Source of the DNA: Xylographa opegraphella
Lineage: Eukaryota
Length of the DNA stretch: 46,962 bases
Direction: 5' to 3'
Assembly: GCA_022813865.1 (NCBI GenBank)
Contig: JALDZX010000094.1
Span: 1-46,962 of the forward strand
Shown here: positions 25,101-37,240 of the stretch, in pieces
Layout of the letters: each line of letters starts with the position of its first letter
Position numbering within the stretch: the first letter of the stretch is position 1
Notes under the pieces: generated by a model
Database searches by the model: none
What the model was told of the DNA's origin: nothing
What the model saw: only the letters and a program-made list of their open reading frames with translations
Translations under genes and position numbers: made by a program

Positions 25101-27652
25101 TTAAAATATACAAAGTTCATAGCGCGCAGTAAAAAATTTAAAAATTAACAAGATAAATAAAATAAAATAATTATATATTTAAAAAACCTTTATAATTTTT
25201 TTCGTTCAAACGCGGTAAAAGCAAAAAATAGCGCAATTATTTATTAAATAAAAATAACGATGTTAAAAAAGTTGTTTTCGACCCTTTTAAAGTAAATGTA
25301 ATAAAGATTACTAAATATTTTTATAAAACAAAATTTCGTAAAACGATATAATTATTTTAAAATAAAAAAAATTAAAAAATTAAAAAAGTTAAAAAAATAA
25401 AAAATATATATGAATCGTATCCCGATAAGACGTCGAAAGTATTTAACATTTTTAATAGAAGATTTTAATTAATTTTTTGGATTTTAAAATTATTTTAACT
25501 TTATTTATTTAATATATACGTTTAAATGTCGTATTATTTATTTTATTAGAAAATAAACAAATATTATAGTCCTTCGTAAGTCGAGAAAAAGAAAACTATA
25601 TAAGTTTAAAATTTTATAAATTTATCGTTTTTTTAATATAATAAAAAAGGCCTTAAAATCGATTATCGTAATAAAAATTAGCCATTTAATAGAAAAATAT
25701 AATTTATTTTTAATTTACTAAATAAGGGCAAAGCGCGAGTGATTTATTAAAATAACGCTAAAATTATTTACAAAATAAATTTATATACAATAAAATACAA
25801 ATAATAATTACGTAACAATAATGTTAAATTTAAATATTAATAGCATTTTAAATAATATATTTTATTAACGAATATTATATAGTTTACGTAAATTATTTTT
25901 TCTAATTATATTATAATATAAATAAATAGTTTTTTAAAAAATAAATATTTATTTTTAACGTTTAATAAATAAAAACGAGCGTTATAAACGACATTAACGT
26001 TAAAATTCCGTAAAATTTATTATTTTTATTATTGTTATTTTTATTTTTCAACGCAAATTTATTCGATGATTATGATAGGTTGAATTTAGTAATATATTAA
26101 TTTACGACCGGTTAATTAAAAGGAAATTGTAAAATCTTAATTAAAATATATGAAAAATATACGATATGAATAAATAAATACGACCCTGTTTTCGCGCTTA
26201 AAATTATAAATTTATTCACCTTTTACATATTTTTAAAAAATTCAATATAATAACGACGTTATAAACGGCGAAAGCTATTGGTCATTTAAAATTTTTTTTT
26301 AAAATATTAAAAGTTTAAATTTATACGAAATTGAAACAAAGTATATATTCATAAAATACAAAAATATAAAAATTAAAAATACAACATAAATACTAACAAA
26401 ATCAAAATTAAATAATTTTATTTAAAAAGCGACCTTCGCGAAAGCAAGACAGATATATAGTATAATAATTAAATCGATTATTATATATAAAGCGACGATA
26501 TAATAGGATCAAAACGATATTAAAGAAGTTAATAAAAATAAAAAAAGACTTAAAGTTTTATAAAATCAAAAACTACGAAATATAATAAAAAGAATTAAAA
26601 AATTAAATATAAAAAAGTTATAAATAAAGGTATTCGTGCCCTTAATTAAACTATATTCTCATAAAATTTAAAGCTACCCGATTTTACGCATGCGAGATAT
26701 AAATAAAACGTAAAAAATAAATAAAATTTTTAATAAAATAAAAATAAAAATAAAAAAATAATCAAAATAAACAACCCCAGGCAAAAAAACAACGAATTTT
26801 AAAAAAAAATAATTAATAAAATTGTTATACTATTAAACGTCAAAAATAGATATATAACGCTATTAAAAAAGATTATAATAATCGTTTATTAAAGTAAATA
26901 AAATAAAAAATAAAATAGATATTAAAAAACGAACAGAATATTAACACGGCGCTGTTTTTTTAATAAAAAACGACGAAATTAAAAAACGGGCTTTACATAA
27001 TAAAAAATACGTTAACGATATATACTAAAATAAAAAATATATTTAGAAATATATTTATCGTAAAAGAAATCATCGACTATAAATTATAATAAAAAATAAT
27101 AATTAATTATAAATAGTTTAATACGTATTAACGTAGTATAAAATTTCAACGACGCTAAAAAAGCGTATAAAAATAAGTTCAATATTATAAAATTATTAAA
27201 TTATCGAAAATTAATGAAATTTACTACGAGATTTTAAGCGGCGGCTAAAATATTAATATATATAAAATTACTAAAATAATTTTTAATAACGAAAATACTT
27301 TTTTATTAAGGCGATGAAATTAATGAATAAATTAATATAAATACGTAGGGCAACGCAATCGCGACGATAAAGATGTATTTATAAATTAAAAGACTGATTT
27401 TTTAAAGAATTTTATTCATATAATTATTAAAGAAATTCTTTAATAAGTCGACGATAATCGATGTTACAAAAGTGTATAATTATTATTATTATTATATAAT
27501 TCAAAAAAATTTCGTTAGATTTAATTAATCGTTTTTCGTTAAATTTATTCGAGATATAAATATCGATTTCGAATATTATTAAGGATTTTTTATCAACGAT
27601 ATTATAACAAACGATTAAATAATAATAAACGATAAATAAAATTAAATAAACA
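22141..27652 (+). mobile_element. Tad1-like LINE (ORF1, endonuclease, RT), RIP-inactivated, inserted in the Copia element
   Basis: RT relics at ~25555-26040: TNIIVLRKS..KFYKFIVFFNIIKKALKSII (= VLRKPGK..YRPIALLNTIGKALESI), RAKRE*FIKITL (GARRGRSTETAL), KIP*NLLFL (GIPQGSPLSP). A-rich TAAA-type 3' tail. Boundaries approximate, no TSD read. Confidence 0.85.
23183..23607. repeat. 9-bp tandem array (T/G)AAAAAAT(A/C), about 47 units, within the LINE ORF1 region
   Basis: Directly visible. Confidence 0.95.
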
Positions 27653-28906
27653 ATTTTTTTCGTATTCGAATTTTTTTAGCGAAACTTTTATTAATTTTAC
27701 CTTTATTAGTTTTAATTTTAATTTTTTGTCGATAATTTTTATTCTTATCATTTTAATTATATAATTTTAAAATGAAACGCTATTTTTGATTAAACATACG
27801 TTTGTTTATAAATTAATAATTTAACCGAGTTGTTTAATGAATTTAATTAATATATATATTTTGATTTCCGTTTTGCAGAGCAAAATAAAAATCGAGTCAA
27901 AATAAATTATATTGATCGCTGTGAATTAATTTTTATTTTAACTGCTATATTCGCTCGAGTTTTTATTTTTTTGTTTTTAAATTTCTCGTTTTTTATTTAT
28001 TTTTTCTCTTTTTTCTATTTTTATTTTCTTTAATTGATTAATTTAGTAATCAAAGCGTAACGCCTTCGAGTATAAATTTCAAATATAAATATTAATATTT
28101 CGTCAAATTGTAAACGCTTTTACGATAGTAACTGTATAAATTCTTTTTTTTAAGTTTATCAACGTTTATTTATTTATCGTGTAATTCTATTTGATTTTTA
28201 AAAAATCGAATTGTAATTAAACAAAATTTATCGTTATTATCGAGTTTTTTTAATACGATAAATATGTTTTTAAATATCATATTATTTAATAAATTTTTGT
28301 ATTAAAATATTTTTTATTCGACGATCGGAAATGGATTTTCCTAGGATTTTTAACCGAAATTATAAAATAATTATTTTGTTAACATAATATTAATATTAAA
28401 GAAATTTTTTAAAGTAATTATAATTAATCTTTACTTTGAATAATGAATTATAATATTTTTTAAAAATCGCTATTTTTTAAATATATATATAAAATAAATT
28501 CGTTAATAAAACTAAGCGTTTTATTATCGTATTTAATATAAATATTTTTACGCAACAAGGTTAAAATCTAATTATTAAGGTTAATTTATTATTTTTATTA
28601 TTTATAAACGCGCTTAATTTTGGCCGTAATTTTTAAATATTTTAGTTTTTGCCCGTAATATTTTATTTATATTAAACTTTTTAAATAATCAAAGTATTAA
28701 TTCTGTCCGCTGCGCCTACATTGATACGTTACGTAATAATAAATGAATACTAATTTTTCGTAGTTATTTAGCGTAATTATTAAAGCTTTATAGTTAATAT
28801 TGAAATTTAAGTAAAAATATATTATTATAATATTTAAAAATAAACCCTCGTAAAATATAATAAATTAATAATTCATTAACTATTTTTAGCGTAGCTAAAA
28901 CGTAGC

Positions 28907-28919
28907 CGAGCTTATAATT
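28907..28919 (-). promoter_or_regulatory. Primer-binding site relic of Copia copy 2
   Basis: Minus strand AATTATAAGCTCG immediately after the 5' LTR. It converts by transitions alone to GGTTATGAGCCCG, the internal tRNA-iMet-type PBS of many Copia elements. Confidence 0.75.
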
Positions 28920-29470
28920 TATTAAATTTATAAAATATAAATATAAATTTACAAAATATAAATATAAATTTACAAAATATAGAATTTAATTTAATAAAAA
29001 TAAAAATTAAAAAAATATTTAAAGCGAAACCCTGAATATATTTTATATTAACTATATTTAAAAGATTCGAAAAAAATATATAAAAAAGGCCCGCAGGGCC
29101 TTCGTTTATTTTTTTTAAAAACTTTTATTCTTGAGTAACCATAATCGCCTCGAGGGCCCACTTCGAGGGCGCCCTCGAGGACTCGAGCTTGTGTGGTGGA
29201 TTCGGGGCGGGTCTTTTGGGCGCTTTTTGATTTGGAGCTTCCTTCCTCACGCATCTGCATATAGCGATAGAGCAGCAGAGCCACAACGGCAGTTNNNNNN
29301 NTTTTTTTCTTCTTTTCACTCTCTGTCGGACGGAAAGTGACCTTATTCAGAAAAGACTTGACCTAGCTGCGACCCCGATCCAATCCTTTTGCCTACCCCT
29401 TTGCCTACTCAACTAGGCTGCTGCGGACTTCCTGCGAATTCCTTTACACTTGTAGACTTCCATTTCAATA
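28920..29470 (-). repeat. 5' LTR of Copia copy 2, interrupted by a 257-bp insert
   Basis: Homologous to 11785-12030 after removing 29192-29452 and a short local duplication at ~28925-28980. Confidence 0.85.
29192..29448. mobile_element. 257-bp solo-LTR-like insert, not RIPed, with 4-bp TSD
   Basis: TGTGGTGGATTCG...CGAATTCCTTTACA flanked by CTTG (29188-29191, 29449-29452). Contains 7 Ns. Confidence 0.85.
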
Positions 29471-30617
29471 GTTGAAATAAAAAAACGTTTTGAATAACTT
29501 TAAAAAAAGGTTAAAAAATATCTTATAAAGAGATAACCTTGAAGTAATAATCATGAATTTTCTGAATTTTCTGAATTATTTTAAAAATTACCTCTCGATA
29601 AATTAAAAAGGCCTTGATTTTATTTATTTTTAAATATTATTTAAACTGAATTTAATTATTTAACTACGAACGATTAAACGATTTATATTTATCGAATTAA
29701 TTTATTTACTTTAATTGCAAAACTTTATGAAATATTTATATTATAATATCGATATTTAACTTATTGTATCACTTTTTTAAAAGTAGATTAATATATATTC
29801 AATTTTAAATTACGAATTCAAATTTATTTTCGTCTTGACCATATTTTCCTGCAGTAATAATAAATATATTAATATATTTTATGGGATTACGGAAATTTCG
29901 TATATTTTTAATAATATAACGCGTATTAACGTATTTATTAAAAATTTTGTTTAATAATAATCGAAACGTCGCTCGAGGGCCTTGCAAAATTCTTTAACGT
30001 TATTTAAATAAGTTATTAAGTCGAATTTTATAATTTCGGTAAATTAAATATTTTATTATAATTCGACATCACTACGAAAATACGTATTTAAATTTTATCG
30101 TATTTTTACTATATTTTTAATACTAACTGCAATACGTAATTACTATATAAGACTATAAATATTCCTGTAGTAATTTTTTTTAATTTTTATTAATAATATT
30201 TTCTTCGCCTTAATTTATTAATATATTTAAATAAATAAAATAAATCAATATTAATTGATTTTCTAATAATCTTTATTTTCGCTTTTATCGTTTGAGCCGT
30301 TTTCATTAGCTGAGTAAAATAAATCGAGAGAATTAAAGAAATTTAATAAAATGAAAATTTATATACATAAATTATTAATTTTTAAATTTCTTTTATTAAA
30401 TCCTATTAAATTTCATATTTTTATAATTATTATCGTTTATATTTTTTAAATTTTAAATTTTTGAAGCATTAAAAATTTTAAATACGTTTAATTTCTCGAA
30501 TCCTTTTCCGTCACGAATATTTGTTCGGCTATTAATAAAAATAGTAAAATTTATAAAAAAAATTAAAAATTTACAGTAAAAACTTTATCGATATTTATTA
30601 TTTATAAAAATATTAAT

Positions 30618-31052
30618 TATTAAATTCAAAAAGTATGAAATTAATTCTAATGAAAATGAAAAAATATTTAAGGCGAAGCCCTGAATATATTTTATGTTAA
30701 TTAGATTTGAAAGATTCGAAAAGAAATAAAAAATAAAAATAAAAATATAAAGACCCGCAAGACCTTCGCCTATTTTTTAAAAACTTTTATCCCCGGGTAG
30801 TCATACTCGTCCCAGGGACCCCCTTCGAGGGCATTTTCTAAGGATTTAAATTTATAAACTTTTATTTTAATACTTTTACTGTATATAAGCATTAAAATTT
30901 ATTACTAATAAAATTATTATCGAGTAGCGTTTCGCTATCGAGTAATAAATAAATATGTTTAATAAAAAATTAATTATTTTATTCCTTAATATTTTTATAA
31001 AAATAATTTCATTTTTTATTCTTTTATTTCCGAATAGCTACGAAATTTATTT
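30618..31052 (-). mobile_element. Copia copy 3: 3' LTR (30618-30872) plus adjacent 3' UTR, cut by Gypsy B
   Basis: Colinear with 11785-12205. Confidence 0.85.
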
Positions 31053-31053
31053 T

Positions 31054-34000
31054 GGTCACGAATTAAAGCTGTATAATTTTAGTTTCTGAGACTTGAGTCG
31101 AAAACCTCCGGCGTTATTATTGAGGGGTATTGCTACGTAATGCCCCCGGGTTATAATAAAGTTTAAAAGCCTTCCTTTATTCATCTTTAGCAATTAGTCT
31201 TAAAATAATATAATTATTATAAATTACTTCATATTATTATAAATTTAAAGATTAAATCTTTTATTCAATTAAGCTTTAATCATTTACAATTTTAATTACT
31301 TTATTTTATTTAAAGTAATAATTTGTTGTATATCGTAATATTTAAAACGCGAAAAAAAGAACAAAATAGCGTTTAACCACGAAAAACAAATATGACAACC
31401 TCGAATATTATAGTATAAAAAGAATACGAAATTATAGATTAAAGAAATAAAAATAAAGATAACTTTGAATTTAAAAAAAAAACGATAATAAATCGTTAAA
31501 TAAATAATTAATATAAATAATAGCCCAACGGGCTTGATTTAAGAAACGACGTAAATTAAAATAATTGAAAATTTTTTATATATTACGTTAAAGTATTAAC
31601 GGCGAAAAAATAACGGTAAATTTACAAAACATTTTTTGATATACTATAAATAACGTTTAATTGATACCCGCAACGATTACGATTAAAAGTTTCCGATTTA
31701 AAAATTTAAAAATTTATAATAATAAAATTATAAAAAATATATAAATTGAATTAAAAATGTAAAAACTGCTTTTAAGTTTTGCCCCGACTTTTTACCGACG
31801 AAAAAGCAAAAAATCTTTTAGTATATATAGCTTTCAAAAGAGAAATCTGGATATACGTAATATTGAGTGAATACTTAAAATAATTTTTTTTAAATATAGT
31901 TAAAAGAAATTTACGAACTTTTTATTTAATATTATTATTAATTTGGTAAGTCAAGGGTTTTAATATATTTAAATTTACTCGAAAATTATTTAAAAATCGA
32001 ATTAATTTATTTATAATTTCGTAGTTTATTTCAGCCAGCTCGCAGTTTATTTATTATTATATAACGAAAAATATACGAACAATAATTTTTTTTATTAAAT
32101 TACGACTTTCTTTATGAAATACTTTAATAAACTGTTAAAATATTTCGATAATAAAAAAGTTTAATAGCTCTCGCAGTACGGCTTGAAATTAATATGGATA
32201 CGATAAGCGAAAAATATCGTTATTTTATTATATCGCTGGCGATGATAAAATTTATAATAAAAAATTTTAAATCAAAAAAATCTCAATCAGAAAAGCTATA
32301 AATACAAATGAAACAAATAGTCGAAATAATATAATAACGCTAAATTAAAAAAATTATAAAAATCAGAAAGAAAAAGACTTATTCGACGTAAAGTATTAAA
32401 CGTACGAAAAAAATATTATTTTATTACGTATTTCAATAAGGATTTTTAATCTCAATTCGAATAAAAATTTTATCGATTTCGTTATATCTTTAAAAAATTA
32501 ACGTGTAACGTCGCTATTTTAATACCGGCGCAACGTTAGTAAAAAGTAAAATTTAAATTTAATTTAATAATAAAAAAGAAATCTTTGTAAATTATAAATA
32601 GTAGGCTATTAAGGCACTACTAAATACGGACTTCGAAATTAATATAATAATTTAACGTTTTATCGTCGAACATTAATTATTACGCATAAAAATATACTAT
32701 CAATATTATAAATTATAAATAGAAATAGTTATTAATATAATATTTACAAGTTTAAATATCAATTTAGTAATAATTAAAGGAAAATTAAAATCAAGATATA
32801 TATTTTTTACATATCAAATGAAAATAGCTTAGCGCTAATTTTAGGCCTTTTTTCTTTACGAAATAAAAATGTACGAATTAATATTAAATCGCGAATTTAG
32901 CGTTTTGATATTAAAAAGTTATTTTTAACTTTAAAGAAAATAATTATTTTTATAAAATTATTAAAGAATAAATTAGTCGTTTTCGCTTTATTAATATTTA
33001 GGGTTTTTATGCTCTAAAAAATCATAATATCAATATAGATATATCGTAAATATTAACGTAACGCCTGCGATATTAAAAGAATATAAAAATTTCGCCGACG
33101 TATTCTTTATTAAAAATACAGAAAAGCTTTTATTGTATAAAAATAATAATTATACGATCGATTTTAAAAATAAAATATTATTTTATAAATTTGTATACAA
33201 TTTTCTTTTACAAAATTATAAATATTGAGGATTTACCTTAACGACGTTTTAATAAAAAATTTAATTCGATATTTTATCAATTCGATTAAAGTATTTTTTT
33301 TAAAAAAAAATCTTCGATTGTACGTAAACTATAAAAAATTGAATGAAGAATTATTAAAAATAAATCCGTATTTCTCTTTACTAGCGAAACGCTAAACTGA
33401 TTTAATTAATTTAAAAGGTTAGTTAAATCAAACTTTAAGAATATTTATTATAAAATAAGAATCAAGAAAAGCGATAAATAAAAAACAATATATCGTATTT
33501 ATTATAATTATTTCAAATATATAGTTATACTTTTTAGTTTAGCAAATGTATTTATTATAATTTAAATTTATATTAATCGTGCTTTAGCGAATGATATAAA
33601 TATATTTTATATCATTTATTTGAACGATATTTTAATATATTTCGAAATGCCGTAATTCTATTAAAAATACGTCAGAAAAATCCTTAAATCCTTAAATGTT
33701 TAAAATAATTTTAATTTTACGTAAATTTAAAAAAATACGATTTTTTATATATCGTATTAAATTTCCAAATTTTATTATTTTTATAAATAGCGTAGCGATA
33801 AAATCGAGCCGTATAAATATTATTATAAATTAATTAATTTTTAAAATCTTTTAAAAAATACAAGTTCCGCTTAAATTCGCCAATTTTTTACAACGATTTA
33901 TGAAAAAACTATTTGAAGATTGCCTCGCGTTTAATAAGTTTTTAAAAAAATAGTAAAAATAAAAAATAAAAAAACTATTAAAATAAAATAAAATGATCGA

Positions 34001-34299
34001 AAAAACGTTTATATAATTTAAAATCGCCTTTACGATAACGCTTATTTTTATTTATTTTAATTCTATTAAACGATCGAAAATAAAAATCGATAATTTTAAT
34101 TACGCTATTATCAGTATTTTTATATAAACTGTAAAGAAAGGAAATAGTACCCCGTCGTATTTTAATCCAAAAAATAATCATTTAAAAAATAATATACAAA
34201 ATATATAATAAAGAGTTTTTAATTATCGTTATAATATTTAAATATTAACGATATAACTTCGAAGGGAATAAATACCCTATTAAAATTTTAACGACTTAT
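31054..34299 (+). mobile_element. Ty3/Gypsy family B, 5' part (LTR ~31054-31340, gag, protease, RT, RNase H), RIP-inactivated
   Basis: GTCACGA...TCGTAATA LTR-like ends. Protease ALLNT(D) at ~32614-32630. YLNDI at 33617-33631. RNase H IYNKEFLIIV..YPIKILT at ~34195-34295. Confidence 0.85.
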
Positions 34300-34661
34300 T
34301 AAAAAATACAAGGTTTGAGCTCAGGGTGCAATACGTATTTGATTTATTAAATTAAAATTAAAAATAAAAGTATTTAGAACCGCAGATTCTGACTGTATAT
34401 ATCATATATTTTTTAAACGAAAAGTTACGCTTAAAATGCGCGCAGTCGAAAACCACGTTGAAAATATAAATCGATAAATAAATTAATAAATAAATAAGTA
34501 AATAAGTAAATAAATAAATAAATAAATCAATAAATCAATAATTAAAACGTTATTTCGAATTTTATATTTTACAGTATTTTTTTTCTATATTTTTTAGCCT
34601 TAAATTTTTTTAAAATCTTTTACGATCAAAACTTAAAATACTTATATCGTAATGTATAAAA

Positions 34662-34820
34662 TAAATATAAACGAAATATAAAAATAATAAATACAAACGT
34701 AATATAAAACTTCGCGAACACAAACGTAATATAAAAATTTACGAATACAAATATAATATAAAATTTCGCGAATATAAATAAAATATAAAAAAATTAATAT
34801 AATACGAACGTAATGTAAAT
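34662..34820. repeat. Degenerate ~27-bp tandem repeat (GAACACAAACGTAATATAAAACTTCGC-like) in the 3' region of Gypsy C
   Basis: About 6 units visible. Confidence 0.8.
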
Positions 34821-35520
34821 TTATTAATAAAATATAAATATAAATAATAGCAAATTCTTTATAAAATCTCGAATGATTATTTATTAAGCAAAGGCCCCAG
34901 GGTAAAAAAGTATTTTTATATAAAAAATTTATTAATAACGACGCGTTCTGCTGGATAATTTTTACTAATTTAATAGTAGTAGTTTTATAGCCTTGCTATT
35001 TACAAAGATATTTAAATTTACGTTTTATATATTTTAATTGTACTATTTCTTTAACGATAAACTTTTAATATAATTCGTTTTTATTTATTATTTTAATAAA
35101 AAATAGAATGACTGGCGCTCGCGTACTTATTTCCCGCAGTTTAAATAATTTTATATAAAAAATATTATAAATATTATATATACTCGAAAAGTTCAACTTA
35201 TAAGCTTGCTTCTTAATATATTTAATAAAATAAAATAACTTAAAATATCGATCTTTAAATTTTTTTTGATAAGCATATTGTTCGAATATTCGTGTTTTTT
35301 AAAAGAATTAAGTCGTTTTTTTAAAAATTTTACTGGAAAACAATATTATTTATAGTACTTTGCTTCAATTTTCTGTACGACCTTTATTATATATTTAGCT
35401 TTTATTAAATTTCTTTAATATTTTTCACGTAAATTATAACGTTTATTAATGCTTTATTGACTTTAACGTTTATTACTGCCTATTATTAATGTTTTTTTCG
35501 AAAAAGAGTAATTATTCTAT

Positions 35521-35589
35521 AAATATATTAATATTGTTATATATATATTAATATTGTTATATATATATTAATATTGTTATATATATATT
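35521..35589. repeat. 20-bp tandem repeat ATATATATTAATATTGTTAT, about 3.5 copies
   Basis: Directly visible. Confidence 0.9.
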
Positions 35590-36864
35590 TAGCCAGCGAT
35601 AAATAATTCGCTTAATTATTCTGATTTCAATTAATAAAGGCTCGTAGGTATTGTTTTGCTATTTAATTATACCTTTTACTTTATTTATTAAATTAGGGAT
35701 AATAAAATATTAATATTAATATTTTAATTTTTAGTACTTTGAATAATATTTTTAAACATTTTAATATAAATTTAAAATTTTTATCGCTTACGATTGATTC
35801 TAATATTATATAAAGTTTGAAGATTTATTTAATTATTAAATATTCAAATTAAGCCGCGTTTATTTTAATATAATATAAAATAAAATAAAATAATAATTTT
35901 TATTTATTTATTAATTACGATTATTATTAAATTATATTTTAAATTATAGCCTTTATCGGTCGAGAATATGGAACGTAAAGATTTTATAATTATATTAATT
36001 AAAATACTGACTTAAAAATAGTTAAAAATAAATAATAATTGGAGTTTTTCGTTCGATTTTACTTAAGGTATTTTAATTTTTTTAATATATATCGTATATT
36101 TTTATAAAATCTCGAATAAAGTTTTTAAATCCGAATTAATAATAATATTTATTAACGAGGTAAAGTATTTTCGTTGTTTTAAAATATTTCGTTATTAAAA
36201 TATTATAGTATTTCTCTAGAACGTGATTTCGTAGCGTAAATAAAGTATAAATTTTATTACTTTCGAAAAATAATAAACCATCGCGAATTATAAAGTTTAA
36301 ATATATCGCCGATATTGCGATTACGAAACGAAACGTATTATTTTTTAATAATAATTATTTAATTTAAAATAATCAATCAACTTGTATATTATTGAATATC
36401 GTAATTAAGTACTTTTTAGCGTTTTACATTATTATTAATTTATAGTTAAAAAATTCTGTAAAAAATTTATAAACATTTTTACGTAAATAAATTATAATAT
36501 ACACTTCTTTTAATTTAAAATTAATTGTCAATTCGCACGTTATAAAAATACGTTAGTTAAATTTAATTTACTAAATATATATATAATTATAAAATCAAAA
36601 CTAGCGAAATATTCTGCTTGTTACGCTTTTCGCCGTAATAAATTTATTATAATATTAAATATACGCAGATTATTATAATTATTATCTATTATGATTAATT
36701 TTTTTACGCCTTTAAAATAGTGTTTTCAGGTTTTAAAAAGTACTATAATAATTAAAAATTCGTTATTTCTCGTAGTATAATTGAGCTTAAAAGCGATTAA
36801 TTATTTAAAGTAAAATACGATACAATATCCAATGTATATCTTTTTATTTTTAAAAAAAATTCTT

Positions 36865-37128
36865 TTAAAATCGCGAAATCGCTTGCGTCGTAATACATAA
36901 AACGTTATTTTTTTTTAGAAAAAAGTGTCGAAGTAAAAACTTTTTTAAAAATACCGTTTTTAATTCTTCGAATGCGACTAGCGCTGATATAATTATAGCG
37001 AAAAAATAATAAAAAATTTCAGTTAAATCGATTATAACTGCGGCGATTTTGTTATAATAAAAAATAAAGCGTCGATAAAAATTCGTAAAATTTAGAAAAA
37101 TTGTAACTCTTTTAAGATATACTAACAC
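36865..37128 (-). pseudogene. Gypsy C RT-connection/RNase H fragment
   Basis: FLNFTNFYRRFIFYYNKIAA..AFEELKTVF..LLRHF matches the FLGFANFYRRFI..YSKIAA..AFEELK..P.LRHF consensus. Confidence 0.92.
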
Positions 37129-37240
37129 GGGTTAATTCGATATCGTAATAATTGCAAATGAATATATATATATATATATATTAAACGTAAAATTTTTAAA
37201 TTTTAAATTTAAAAAAATTAAAAAATTCGACGTTAAATAT

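Larger units (their letters stand above)
11785..29470 (-). mobile_element. Complete Ty1/Copia element (copy 2), RIP-inactivated, split by three nested insertions
   Basis: LTRs 11785-12030 and 28920-29470. TSD GTTAA/GTTGA. Minus-strand RT relics (INVKIIYL..FYIE*FTSFEIPPG ~13570-13660; KYKNR*IVK ~13775-13800). Integrase YDN(VKK) relic at ~21965-21990. PBS relic next to the 5' LTR. Confidence 0.9.

Noticed and set aside
29048..29340. Three short overlapping ORFs in the GC-rich patch
   Set aside because: They straddle the junction between the Copia LTR and the nested insert, two span Ns, and they are expected by chance in GC-richer DNA.
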